Part shown: piece by piece, positions 9,238-17,710 of the stretch
How positions within the stretch are numbered: the first letter of the stretch is position 1
Layout: each line of letters starts with the position of its first letter
Assembly (NCBI GenBank): GCA_037442885.1
Contig: JBBIPK010000001.1
Span: 6,431-70,430, forward strand
Source: Acidobacteriota bacterium
Lineage (GTDB): Bacteria; Acidobacteriota; Terriglobia; Acidiferrales; 2-02-FULL-67-57
Length of the DNA: 64,000 nucleotides
Reading direction: 5' to 3'
Notes under the pieces: model-generated
The model's input: only the letters and a program-made list of their open reading frames with translations
The model's database searches: none
Told to the model about the DNA's origin: nothing
Made by a program: the position numbers and the translations under genes

Positions 9238-10437
9238 TCACATCACCGGGGTGGCGGTCTTGCGCGCAGGGCTAAAGAAGGGGAGGTTCACCACTGTCGC
9301 GGTCACAGTGTGACGCACGGCCTCCACCGTCACCTCCATTTGCAGCTTCGTTCCCACGGCTGCCTGCGCGCTCGCGACGCTGCCCAAGGCAATCAGCTTC
9401 TTCAGTACCGGCGACCAGGTGGTGGAGGTAGCCTTGCCCACCTGCTTGCCGTTCGCGTAGAGCGGCACATGGACGCGGGAGGCGATGCTCGGCACCTGCG
9501 GCACCAGCCCGATGGCTTCATAGAGCTGTTCGACTTCGGTCCAGTTGATTTCCAGCCCCACGAGCTGGCGCTTCGGGCCGCGCTTCTGTTCGGCCTGGAG
9601 GGCGGCCTTGCCGATGAAATCTTCCTTGTCCAGATGCACCATCCGCCCGAGATTGATTTCATAGGGAGTGTACTTCTGGGATTCGATCAGAGCCTTCTTG
9701 CTGCTGATGTAGTCCACCTCGATCAGCAACAGGGCGGCTTCAATGCGGGAGATATCGAGAGCAATCATTCCTGCCGGGTGGATGTCGAAAGCTTTGCCTT
9801 CCTCCATCAGCGCATCCCAGACGCGCACGGCCTTCTCCCAGGGAATCCAGATTTCGTAGCCGAGGTCGCCGGTATAGCCGGTGCGGGAGATGTCCACGGG
9901 CACGCCCGCGATTTCTTTGTGGGTGACGCGGAAGTACTTGAGCGTTTCGATGTCCGAGCCCACGAGCTTCTTCAGCAATCTTCCCGAGGTGGGCCCCTGC
10001 AAGGCGAGGGCTGCGACTTTCTCGGAGATGTCTTCGATCTGGACGTCCATCCCTACCGCGTTCTGGGTGAACCAGCGGAGGTTGGGGTCGGCAGCTGTCC
10101 AGCGGTAGGTGTTTTCCTCGAGGCGCGTCACGGTGCCGTCGTCAATCACCTTTCCCTGCTCATCGCACCAGCAGGCGTAGATCACCTGCCCGACCGCCAC
10201 TTTGTGGATGTCGCGCGCGAGGATGCGGTTCACCAGGCGCGTGGCGTCGCGCCCCGTGAGTCGGTACTTGAAGAGCGGTGTGACGTCGATGAGGGCGGCG
10301 GCGTTGCGGATGGCGTTGTACTCGTGCTCGTGATGCATCTCATAGACGCTCACCGTGTAGTAGCCGGCCCATTCGCGGTAGCTGAAACTCTCGCAAAGCT
10401 TGCTGGTGCGCTCGTGGAAGGCGGTTCCAATCGGCAT
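9238..10437 (-). CDS. Aminomethyltransferase (GcvT) family protein, a probable folate-dependent demethylase-type enzyme
   Basis: A 399-aa GcvT-fold pattern ('LIDVTPLFKYRLTGRDA', 'ISRTGYTGDLGYEIW'). SD GAGGAG lies 8 nt upstream of the ATG. Confidence 0.85.
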   Translation of the reverse strand: MPIGTAFHERTSKLCESFSYREWAGYYTVSVYEMHHEHEYNAIRNAAALIDVTPLFKYRLTGRDATRLVNRILARDIHKVAVGQVIYACWCDEQGKVIDDGTVTRLEENTYRWTAADPNLRWFTQNAVGMDVQIEDISEKVAALALQGPTSGRLLKKLVGSDIETLKYFRVTHKEIAGVPVDISRTGYTGDLGYEIWIPWEKAVRVWDALMEEGKAFDIHPAGMIALDISRIEAALLLIEVDYISSKKALIESQKYTPYEINLGRMVHLDKEDFIGKAALQAEQKRGPKRQLVGLEINWTEVEQLYEAIGLVPQVPSIASRVHVPLYANGKQVGKATSTTWSPVLKKLIALGSVASAQAAVGTKLQMEVTVEAVRHTVTATVVNLPFFSPARKTATPVM

Positions 10438-10475
10438 GGTGGCTGCTCCTCGGTTGACTCACTCAGGGGACTCGC

Positions 10476-10481
10476 ATTATA
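10476..10481 (-). promoter_or_regulatory. Candidate -10 box (TATAAT) for the GcvT-like gene
   Basis: A perfect TATAAT on the minus strand, 38 nt upstream of ATG 10437 in the divergent intergenic region. No clear -35 was found. Confidence 0.35.
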
Positions 10482-10530
10482 GGCAGGCGGCCGGGCGGCC
10501 CGCAAGCCGAGCCGTCGCGCGCAGAAGCGA

Positions 10531-10559
10531 TTGTGCGCATGCCGGAGGACGAGTAGAAT
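10531..10559 (+). promoter_or_regulatory. Candidate sigma70-type promoter for the CrtI-like gene pair
   Basis: TTGTGC (10531-36), a 17-nt spacer, then TAGAAT (10554-59), about 50 nt upstream of ATG 10612. Confidence 0.35.
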
Positions 10560-10611
10560 AGCGGCTGTCTTGCCGGCCGGGGATGTTTTTCGCTCCGGTT
10601 CCATCTAATAC

Positions 10612-12204
10612 ATGCCTTCTCGCTACGACGCCATCATCATCGGCGGGGGCCACAACGGCCTCGTCCACGCCGCCTACCTAGCTCGCGCCGGGAAAAAAGT
10701 TCTGGTGCTGGAGCGCCGGCACGTGCTGGGCGGCGCGGCGGTGACCGAGGAAATCTTCCCGGGCTTCAAGTTCTCTGTTGCCTCCTACGTGGTTTCGCTG
10801 CTGCGGCCGGAAATCATCCGCGAGTTGGATCTCCCCCGCCACGGCTTCGAAGTCTTGCCGCTCGACGGCACGTTCACCCCCATGCCGAACGGCGACTACC
10901 TCTGGCGGATGAACGACCATCAGAAGACGCGCCGCGAAATCGCCCGCCACTCCCGGCTCGACGCGGAGGCCTATGACGAGTTCGGGCAGGCGATGGTGCG
11001 GCTCTGCCGCTTTGTTAAACCTCTGCTGAGCATGATTCCCCCCGATCCCACGCGGCTGAACCTGCGTGACCTCCGGAACCTGCTCTCTTTCGGACGGAGG
11101 TTTCGCGCCCTCGACGACTTCGACAAGTACATTCAAATCCAATTGATGACGCGCAGTGCGGTGGATTTCCTCGATCCGTGGTTCGAGACCGACGTCCTGA
11201 AGGCGACGATGTCAGCCTCGGGGATTATCGGCACGTTCCTCGGGATCCGTTCGCCCGGAACTGCCTACGTGCTCCTCCACCACTACATGGGCGAGATTGA
11301 CGGTGTGTTTCGTGCCTGGGGCTTGCCGCGCGGCGGCACGGGCGCCATCTCGAATGCCATCGCGGGGGCGGCGCGGGAGGCGGGGGCGGAAATCCGCACC
11401 CAGGCTCCGGTCGCCCGCATTCTGCTGAAAAACGGGCAGGCGCGGGGCGTGGTGCTGGAGAACGGCGACGAGATTCTGGCCGACGTAGTGTCCTCGAGCG
11501 TGGACTGCCGCCTGACGTTTCTCCAACTGATCGAGCCGGGGCACCTGCCGGAGGAATTCCTCGCGGAGGTGCGGCGCTACAAGTTTCGCGGTTCATCCGG
11601 CAAGGTCAACCTGGCGCTGGACGCGCTGCCGAACCTGACCTGCCGACCGGGAGCGGGGCCGCACTTGCGCGGCGCGATCTCCATTTCTCCCAGCACCGAG
11701 TACATGGAGCGCGCCTATGACGACGCGAAATACGGGCGCTTCTCGCGCCGCCCCTACATTGACATCGTCATCCCGAGTCTCACCGACCCGAGCGTGGCAC
11801 CTCCCGGCAAGCACGTGATGTCCTGCTTCGTCCAGTACGCGCCCTACAAGCTGAAGGAGGGGACATGGGATGAGAAGCGGGAAGAATTCGGCGACACGGT
11901 GATTGACACCATTGCCGAATACGCTCCCAACCTCAAGAACATCATCCTGGGCCGGCAGGTCCTGACGCCGCTCGACATGGAACGCGAGTGGGGCCTCTCG
12001 GAAGGCAACATTTTCCAGGGCGAGTTGTCGCTCGAGCAGATTTTCTTCCTCCGGCCCGTGGCCGGCTGGGCGCAGTATCGGACGCCGATCAAGAACCTCT
12101 ACCTGTGCGGCTCGGCCACGCATCCCGGCGGCGGCATCATGGGCGCTCCGGGGCGGCTGGCCGCGTTCGAGCTCCTGAAGGACTGGAAGAAAGGGGTCGT
12201 CTAG
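10612..12204 (+). CDS. Phytoene desaturase (CrtI)-family NAD(P)/FAD-dependent oxidoreductase, paralog 1
   Basis: N-terminal dinucleotide fold 'YDAIIIGGGHNGL' and C-terminal 'LYLCGSATHPGGGIMGAPG'. 530 aa. Confidence 0.85.
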   Translation: MPSRYDAIIIGGGHNGLVHAAYLARAGKKVLVLERRHVLGGAAVTEEIFPGFKFSVASYVVSLLRPEIIRELDLPRHGFEVLPLDGTFTPMPNGDYLWRMNDHQKTRREIARHSRLDAEAYDEFGQAMVRLCRFVKPLLSMIPPDPTRLNLRDLRNLLSFGRRFRALDDFDKYIQIQLMTRSAVDFLDPWFETDVLKATMSASGIIGTFLGIRSPGTAYVLLHHYMGEIDGVFRAWGLPRGGTGAISNAIAGAAREAGAEIRTQAPVARILLKNGQARGVVLENGDEILADVVSSSVDCRLTFLQLIEPGHLPEEFLAEVRRYKFRGSSGKVNLALDALPNLTCRPGAGPHLRGAISISPSTEYMERAYDDAKYGRFSRRPYIDIVIPSLTDPSVAPPGKHVMSCFVQYAPYKLKEGTWDEKREEFGDTVIDTIAEYAPNLKNIILGRQVLTPLDMEREWGLSEGNIFQGELSLEQIFFLRPVAGWAQYRTPIKNLYLCGSATHPGGGIMGAPGRLAAFELLKDWKKGVV

Positions 12205-12206
12205 CT

Positions 12207-13799
12207 CTGCCATCGAACCGCGACATCGTCATCATCGGCGGCGGCCATAACGCCCTGGTGGCAGCCTTCTACCTGGCGCGGGCGGGCCTGAAGCCACTGG
12301 TGCTGGAACGGCGCCCGGTGGTGGGCGGCGCGGCAGTCACCGAGGAGTTCCATCCCGGCTTCAAATGCTCCACGCTTGCTCATACCGGCGGACCACTCCG
12401 TGCTGACATCCTGCGCGACCTCCAGCTTGCGCGACACGGGCTGCGACTCGTGGCGCCGAATCCCTTGGTATTCGCTCCGTCGCTGGACGGTCGGGCCTTG
12501 CTTCTTCATAACGACCCCGCCCGAACGGCCGAGGAAATCGCCCGGCACTCGCGTGCCGATGCGGAACGATACGTCCAGTTTGAACGCGCGGTGGGCTACA
12601 TCGGCGGCGTGCTCCGGCGGCTGATGGCCGCGACACCCCCGGCCATCGAGAATCCCCGCGCCGCCGACCTCTGGAATTTGCTCCAGACGGCGCGGGGAAT
12701 CCGCAGCCTGGGAAAGAAAGACATGTTGCGGCTGCTACGCTGGGCACCGATGCCTGCGGCCGACCTAGTGGCGGAGTGGTTTGATACGGAGCTGCTCCAG
12801 GCGACGCTGGCGGCGCGCGCCATCCACGGGACGTCCTTCGGCCCCATTTCGCCTGGGACGGGGATTGTCCTCCTGCTGCGCGCTGCGGCCGAAGGTCATC
12901 CGGCCGGGACAGCCGTTTTCCCCCAAGGCGGGATGGGAGCCCTGACGCAGGCATTGGCGGCGGCAGCGCGGCAGGCGGGCGCTGAAGTCCGCACCGGAGC
13001 CGAGGTGGCCCGAATCCTGGTGAAGAACGGGGCCGTCGCCGGAGTTGCACTGGCGAGCGGCGAGGAAATCGCGGCCAAGACCGTCATCTCCGGTGTCGAT
13101 CCCCCGCGGACGTTCCTGCGGCTGATTGATCCCGTGCACCTGCAGCCGAGTTTTCTGCTCCGGATGCAGAGCTACCGCTGTCAGGGCAGCGTGGCCAAAG
13201 TCAATCTCGCCCTGGCGGGTCTGCCGAGCTTTGCGGGACTGCCCGCCCGGGGCGCTGACGGGCGCGGGTTCGCGGGGCGCATCCACATTGGCCCCAGCAT
13301 TGAGTATCTCGAGCGCGCGCACGACGAGGCGAAGTATGGTGACTTTTCCCGGCAACCGTACCTGGACGTGCTCATCCCCTCGGTGGCCGACCCTTCGCTG
13401 GCGCCCGCCGGCCAGCACGTGGTGTCTGTCCACATGCAGTTTGCCCCGTTTCGACTGAAGAACGGAGATTGGAACGCGCAGCGCGCAGCTCTGGGAGACG
13501 CGGTGGTGAAAACGCTGGCGGCCTATGCGCCCGACCTGCCCGGCTTGATTCTCCACCGGCAGGTCATCACACCGCTCGACCTCGAGCAGACCTATGGACT
13601 GACCGGCGGCCACATCTTTCACGGCGAGTTGTCGCTCGACCAGCTCTACGCCACGCGTCCGCTGCTGGGCTGGGCGCGCTACCGCACCCCTGTCGGCGGG
13701 CTCTATCTCTGCGGCTCGGGCACCCATCCGGGTATAGGCTTGACGGGAGCTTCCGGCGCCAACGCCGCCCGCGAAATCCTCAAAGACCTGCGCCGCTAG
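12207..13799 (+). CDS. Phytoene desaturase (CrtI)-family NAD(P)/FAD-dependent oxidoreductase, paralog 2 (start uncertain)
   Basis: 'DIVIIGGGHNALV' and 'LYLCGSGTHPGIGLTGASG', collinear with paralog 1. No ATG/GTG/TTG sits at the homologous N-terminus. CTG 12207 gives 'PSNRDIVIIGGG', which matches 'MPSRYDAIIIGGG'. The alternative canonical start is GTG 12105, which overlaps paralog 1 by 100 nt. Confidence 0.75.
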   Translation: MPSNRDIVIIGGGHNALVAAFYLARAGLKPLVLERRPVVGGAAVTEEFHPGFKCSTLAHTGGPLRADILRDLQLARHGLRLVAPNPLVFAPSLDGRALLLHNDPARTAEEIARHSRADAERYVQFERAVGYIGGVLRRLMAATPPAIENPRAADLWNLLQTARGIRSLGKKDMLRLLRWAPMPAADLVAEWFDTELLQATLAARAIHGTSFGPISPGTGIVLLLRAAAEGHPAGTAVFPQGGMGALTQALAAAARQAGAEVRTGAEVARILVKNGAVAGVALASGEEIAAKTVISGVDPPRTFLRLIDPVHLQPSFLLRMQSYRCQGSVAKVNLALAGLPSFAGLPARGADGRGFAGRIHIGPSIEYLERAHDEAKYGDFSRQPYLDVLIPSVADPSLAPAGQHVVSVHMQFAPFRLKNGDWNAQRAALGDAVVKTLAAYAPDLPGLILHRQVITPLDLEQTYGLTGGHIFHGELSLDQLYATRPLLGWARYRTPVGGLYLCGSGTHPGIGLTGASGANAAREILKDLRR

Positions 13800-13831
13800 C
13801 GACTCGAGCACCGGTAGGGGTGCCAGAACTA

Positions 13832-14056
13832 GCGGCTGTTAGCCGCGAGACGGGCTTGGCAGCCCGCTGGGCCCCGAAAAGCTTTCGGGGCTGGGCACGC
13901 GCGAGCTCTTTGACAATTGGCCAGCGAATCCGCCTAACGCTCGGAGCGCCCTTACGGGGCCCGGCCCCGAAAGCCTTTCGTGGTAGGCGCAGAGGATAGA
14001 GGAGAATCCACGGGTGAGTGTCGGAGCATAGCTCGCTGATGCATCCATGTGGATGC
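13832..14056. repeat. Cluster of GC-rich hairpins between convergent genes, with a duplicated GCCCCGAAAGC motif
   Basis: Hairpins: gcggct/agccgc (13832-46), cgggct/agcccg (13851-66), gccccgaaa/tttcggggc (13871-91), a degenerate copy ccccgaaag/ctttcgtgg (13965-83), and gcatcca/tggatgc (14041-56). Confidence 0.5.
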
Positions 14057-14124
14057 CTATCGCAACAGCTGAGGTCCCAAAGCCCTCGCCAGCGCGCCAG
14101 GGGGTAGCGCTAAGGAAATGGCTT

Positions 14125-17100
14125 CTATTTGCTCCCCTCGCTCTTGGCTGGCAGAGTCAGCGCCGGGATGTTCTCGCGCCGGATGGTTTCGTTCAGGGCC
14201 GCCACATCTCGCGCAACGATCTGCTTCCAGGCCTCTATCTGGGCGTTGACCCGCGTCCGCATCTCTTCCGTGAATTCGTAGGCCTGCCGGGTGGGCGCGC
14301 GGTCGGCGCTGTCGACCACGTCGCTCAGCCAAGCAATCTTGCTGTTCAGCTTCGTGGGGTAGTTGCACATATCCTGGGAGGAGCGGGCTTTGACTTCGAT
14401 CAACTCGGCTTCGACGGGTGCCATTTTCTTTTCAATCGTCTCCGCGGCCGCCAGGATGGCCGCGCCGCGAGGATGGCCGGCCAGGCGCTTGCGCAGGGCG
14501 TCCAACTGTGCCCGCAGGTTGCGAATTTCGAGCACGCTTCCGTGCGCCTGGCCAAGCAGGTCGCGAACTTGCAGGCCCAGGGCAAGCTGTTTGTCCAACT
14601 CAGCCTGTGTGGTGTTGACCCGCAGATCCAGCTTGACTTCGAGCGGAGCGGTGTAACTCTTGCCCGCCACCGTGAGCTTGGCCTGGTAGCTGCCCGGCAC
14701 AGCCAGCGGGCCGCTTGGGCGCCCCATGTCGTAGATGGCATTGGGGACAAGCTCGGGCAGCTCGTAGCGCAGGTCCCAGACCACGCGATGCATACCGGCC
14801 TTAGCGGGCAGGCGGTCGGGATCGTCGTCTCTGCCGGGACGCTCGGGCAAGGGCCTGCCCTCCACCTTTTCCTCGCGACTGCTGAACTTGCGCACCACGT
14901 TCCCCTGCGGGTCAAGGATTTCGAGAGTGATTTCGTCCTTCTGCTCGTTCTTCAGGTAGTAGTAGAGGATGGCCCCCGGAGGCGGATTCTCACCGGCGAA
15001 TTGCGGGCGCCACCAACCGCCGCCGCGCAGCCGGTAGGTCGGGCGCGGGGTAAAGAGGTGGACATCGGCTTTGGCGATCTGGTCATTGAGCTGGCGCAGC
15101 GGCGAGAGGTCGTCGAGAATCCAGAAGGAGCGTCCGTGTGTAGCCACCGCCAGATCGTCGTCCTTGATGACGAGGTCGTGGATGGGAGCGGTGGGCATGT
15201 TGAGCTTGAGCGACTGCCAGTGCGCGCCGTCGTCGAAGGAGACGTAGATGCCGGTTTCCGTGCCCGCGTAGAGGAGCCCCTTGCGTTTCGGGTCTTCGCG
15301 CACGGCATGAACATAGGCGCCCTCGGGGATGCCGTTGACGATGAGCGTCCAGCTCTTGCCATAGTCACTCGTCTTGTAGATATAGGGCCGGAAGTCGTCG
15401 TGCTTGTGCCGGTCCACGGCGATGTAGGCGCTGGCGGCGTTGTGCGGGGAGGCGTCAATGATGCTGACCAAACTCCACTCGGGCATCGCTTTCGGCGTCA
15501 CGTTCGTCCAGGTTTTGCCCGCGTCGCGCGTCAGGTGCACCAAGCCGTCATCGGTTCCCACCCAGAGCAAGTCCTTCTGCAGGGGAGACTCGGCGAGGCT
15601 GAAGATGGTGTCGTAATACTCGATGCTGATGTTCTCGCCGGTGATGGGGCCGCCGGAGCGCTGCTGCTTGCTCTTGTCGTTGCGCGTGAGGTCAGGGCTG
15701 ACGGCGGTCCAGCTCATCCCTTCGTCAGTGGAGCGGAAGAGAATGTTGGCCGCGTGGTAGACAACGTTGGGGTCGTGCTTGGAGACCAGGATGGGTGAGG
15801 TCCACTGGAAGCGGTATTTCACGGCGGCGGCCTCGTGGCCGTCCACGTTGTCGGGCCAGACCATGATGTTGTGCGCCTGCTTGGTGCGGCGGTCGTAGCG
15901 AGTGAGGATGCCCCAGTACTCACCCGCGTAGACGATATCGGGATTGGTGGGATGGGCAACGACGTGGCCTGCCTCGCCGCCGCCCACGGGCTCCCAATCC
16001 TCGCGGCCGATGCTGCCGTCGTCGCCGCGACTGGAAATGGAGACGGAGGTGTTGTCCTGCTGCGCTCCGTAGACGCGATAGGGGAAGCTCGTGTCGGTCG
16101 ACACGTGGTAGAACTGCGCGGTGGGTTGGTTATCCTGGCGGGTCCAGGTCAGTCCCCCGTCGACGGTGATGGAGGCGCCGCCGTCATTGGCGTTGATCAT
16201 TCGCCTGGGGTTGGTGGGGTCGATCCAGAGGCCGTGGTGGTCCCCGTGGAGGTGGCGCTGAGGCTCCCAGCTGCGGCCGCCATCAGTTGACTTGTAGAGC
16301 GAGACACACAAAACATAGACAGTGTCAGGGTTCTGAGGATCGGCGACGATGTGGGTGTAGTACCAGGGACGGTGCCGCAAGCGATGGTCGGAGGACATCT
16401 GTTTCCAGGTATTCCCGCCGTCATCGGAGCGATAGACGCCTCCGGCTTCTTCCTCGGCCTCGATGATGGCGTAGACGCGATTGGAGTCGCCGCCGGAGAC
16501 GCTGACGCCGATCTTTCCCCAGATGCCGCCGGGCAGGCCGTTGCCGGTAAGCTGCTTCCAGGTCGTGCCCCCATCGGAGGACTTGTAAAGGCCGCTGCCG
16601 GGGCCGCCGCTGGTCAGGCTCCAGGGCGTGCGACCGGCTTCCCAGAGCGCGGCAAAGAGGACGTTGGGATTGGAGGGATCGAAGGCAAGGTCAATGGCGC
16701 CGGTTTTTTCATCCTTGTAGAGAACTTTTTCCCAAATCTTGCCGCCATCGCGGGAGCGAAAGACGCCGCGCTCGGGGTTGGGGCCGAAGGCGTGGCCGAG
16801 CGCAGCGACATAGACGAGGTCAGGATTGCGGGGATGGACGAGGACGCGGCCGATGTGGCGGGTGTCGCGCAGGCCGACGTGCTGCCAGGTTTTGCCGGCG
16901 TCGAGTGACTTGTAAACCCCGTCGCCATACGAGATGTTGCCCCGGATGCAGGCTTCGCCGGTGCCGACATAGATAATGTTTGGGTCGCTCTCGGCGACGG
17001 CGATGCTGCCGATGGAGGAAACCGGTTGATCATCAAAGATCGGCTCCCAGGTCACGCCAGCGTTCACCGTCTTCCACACGCCGCCCGAGACCGCGCCGAA

Positions 17101-17301
17101 ATAGTAGACGTTGGGCTGGGTAGGAATGCCGACCGCAGTCAGCGCGCGCCCGCCGCGGTAGGGGCCGATGAGGCGGTATTTCATTCCTTTGAGGAGCTCA
17201 CCGTCGTACTGCTGTGCTTCAACACAGGGTGCCAGCAGGAGCAGAGCCAGCATGGAAACCAGAACGAACAAACCCGCACGATGCGCATGGAAACGACTCA
17301 T
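14125..17301 (-). CDS. Secreted BNR/Asp-box repeat protein, sortilin/VPS10-like (glycosidase-like double propeller)
   Basis: Signal peptide 'LFVLVSMLALLLLAPCVEA'. About ten 'S/TxDxGxTW' Asp-box motifs (SLDAGKTW, SRDGGKIW, SSDGGTTW, SDDGGNTW, STDGGRSW, STDEGMSW, TRDAGKTW, TSDYGKSW...). SD GGGAGG lies 8 nt upstream. Confidence 0.85.
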   Translation of the reverse strand: MSRFHAHRAGLFVLVSMLALLLLAPCVEAQQYDGELLKGMKYRLIGPYRGGRALTAVGIPTQPNVYYFGAVSGGVWKTVNAGVTWEPIFDDQPVSSIGSIAVAESDPNIIYVGTGEACIRGNISYGDGVYKSLDAGKTWQHVGLRDTRHIGRVLVHPRNPDLVYVAALGHAFGPNPERGVFRSRDGGKIWEKVLYKDEKTGAIDLAFDPSNPNVLFAALWEAGRTPWSLTSGGPGSGLYKSSDGGTTWKQLTGNGLPGGIWGKIGVSVSGGDSNRVYAIIEAEEEAGGVYRSDDGGNTWKQMSSDHRLRHRPWYYTHIVADPQNPDTVYVLCVSLYKSTDGGRSWEPQRHLHGDHHGLWIDPTNPRRMINANDGGASITVDGGLTWTRQDNQPTAQFYHVSTDTSFPYRVYGAQQDNTSVSISSRGDDGSIGREDWEPVGGGEAGHVVAHPTNPDIVYAGEYWGILTRYDRRTKQAHNIMVWPDNVDGHEAAAVKYRFQWTSPILVSKHDPNVVYHAANILFRSTDEGMSWTAVSPDLTRNDKSKQQRSGGPITGENISIEYYDTIFSLAESPLQKDLLWVGTDDGLVHLTRDAGKTWTNVTPKAMPEWSLVSIIDASPHNAASAYIAVDRHKHDDFRPYIYKTSDYGKSWTLIVNGIPEGAYVHAVREDPKRKGLLYAGTETGIYVSFDDGAHWQSLKLNMPTAPIHDLVIKDDDLAVATHGRSFWILDDLSPLRQLNDQIAKADVHLFTPRPTYRLRGGGWWRPQFAGENPPPGAILYYYLKNEQKDEITLEILDPQGNVVRKFSSREEKVEGRPLPERPGRDDDPDRLPAKAGMHRVVWDLRYELPELVPNAIYDMGRPSGPLAVPGSYQAKLTVAGKSYTAPLEVKLDLRVNTTQAELDKQLALGLQVRDLLGQAHGSVLEIRNLRAQLDALRKRLAGHPRGAAILAAAETIEKKMAPVEAELIEVKARSSQDMCNYPTKLNSKIAWLSDVVDSADRAPTRQAYEFTEEMRTRVNAQIEAWKQIVARDVAALNETIRRENIPALTLPAKSEGSK

Positions 17302-17467
17302 GGGGAATACCTCCCGGAAAGTCTCGGCGGCTCATCCTACTGACTTGGAGGAAAAAAAGGAAGTCCGATCGTGCTCCAGGGGAGGGGAAACCTTGTGGTG
17401 TGGTGCTGAGAAATTCGACAGACAATTTTTCAAAGCGGGTGAACAGCGAAGTGACTCTATGCCCCCG

Positions 17468-17496
17468 CGGATTTTTCTACCAGAATCCGTAGAAAA
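17468..17496. promoter_or_regulatory. Inverted-repeat candidate operator in the 410-bp divergent control region
   Basis: TTTTCTAC (17473-80), 8 nt, then GTAGAAAA (17489-96). This is interleaved with CGGATT (17468-73) and AATCCG (17484-89). It lies between the divergent BNR and TonB-dependent receptor genes. Confidence 0.3.
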
Positions 17497-17710
17497 CCTA
17501 CCACGCTGAGAGAACCGAAGGTATCCGGGGAGTCGAATCCGTAAGAAAAGAGGCCAGATCCTGGCGGTGCGAATCGCTGGCGCGTTTGGCGTGCTGCTTG
17601 CAATGCCTATTGTGCCGATGGGCCGCAGCGTCAAGCGTGTTAGTGGGATCTGCTAGTCCGACAGTTTTCCTGCCCCTTTCTTTGCAAGCTTACCGCAGAA
17701 GGAGGGACCA

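Noticed and set aside
11988-12204. The track start at 11988 (GTG) for the second CrtI paralog.
   Set aside because: It would add 72 residues of Arg/Gly-rich sequence translated out of frame across the conserved C-terminus of paralog 1. Homology to paralog 1 begins only at 12207.
13469-14048. ORFs 13469-13999(+) and 13839-14048(-) in the convergent gap.
   Set aside because: They are composed of the hairpin and repeat sequence itself (the repeated 'SGP' and 'PRK' peptides are translation artefacts of GCCCCGAAAGC). They overlap the 3' end of the CrtI paralog or have no start context.
17468-17496. The interleaved repeats could form an RNA H-type pseudoknot.
   Set aside because: The A-B-A'-B' order is pseudoknot-like, but the connecting loops would be 0-3 nt and the two stems share a nucleotide. 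That is sterically implausible, so a DNA operator reading is preferred.
17168-17634. Four 68-113-aa ORFs inside the BNR/TonB-dependent receptor divergent spacer.
   Set aside because: They overlap each other in several frames. They have no SD, no codon bias like the neighbouring genes, and no motifs. The region is better explained as regulatory DNA.
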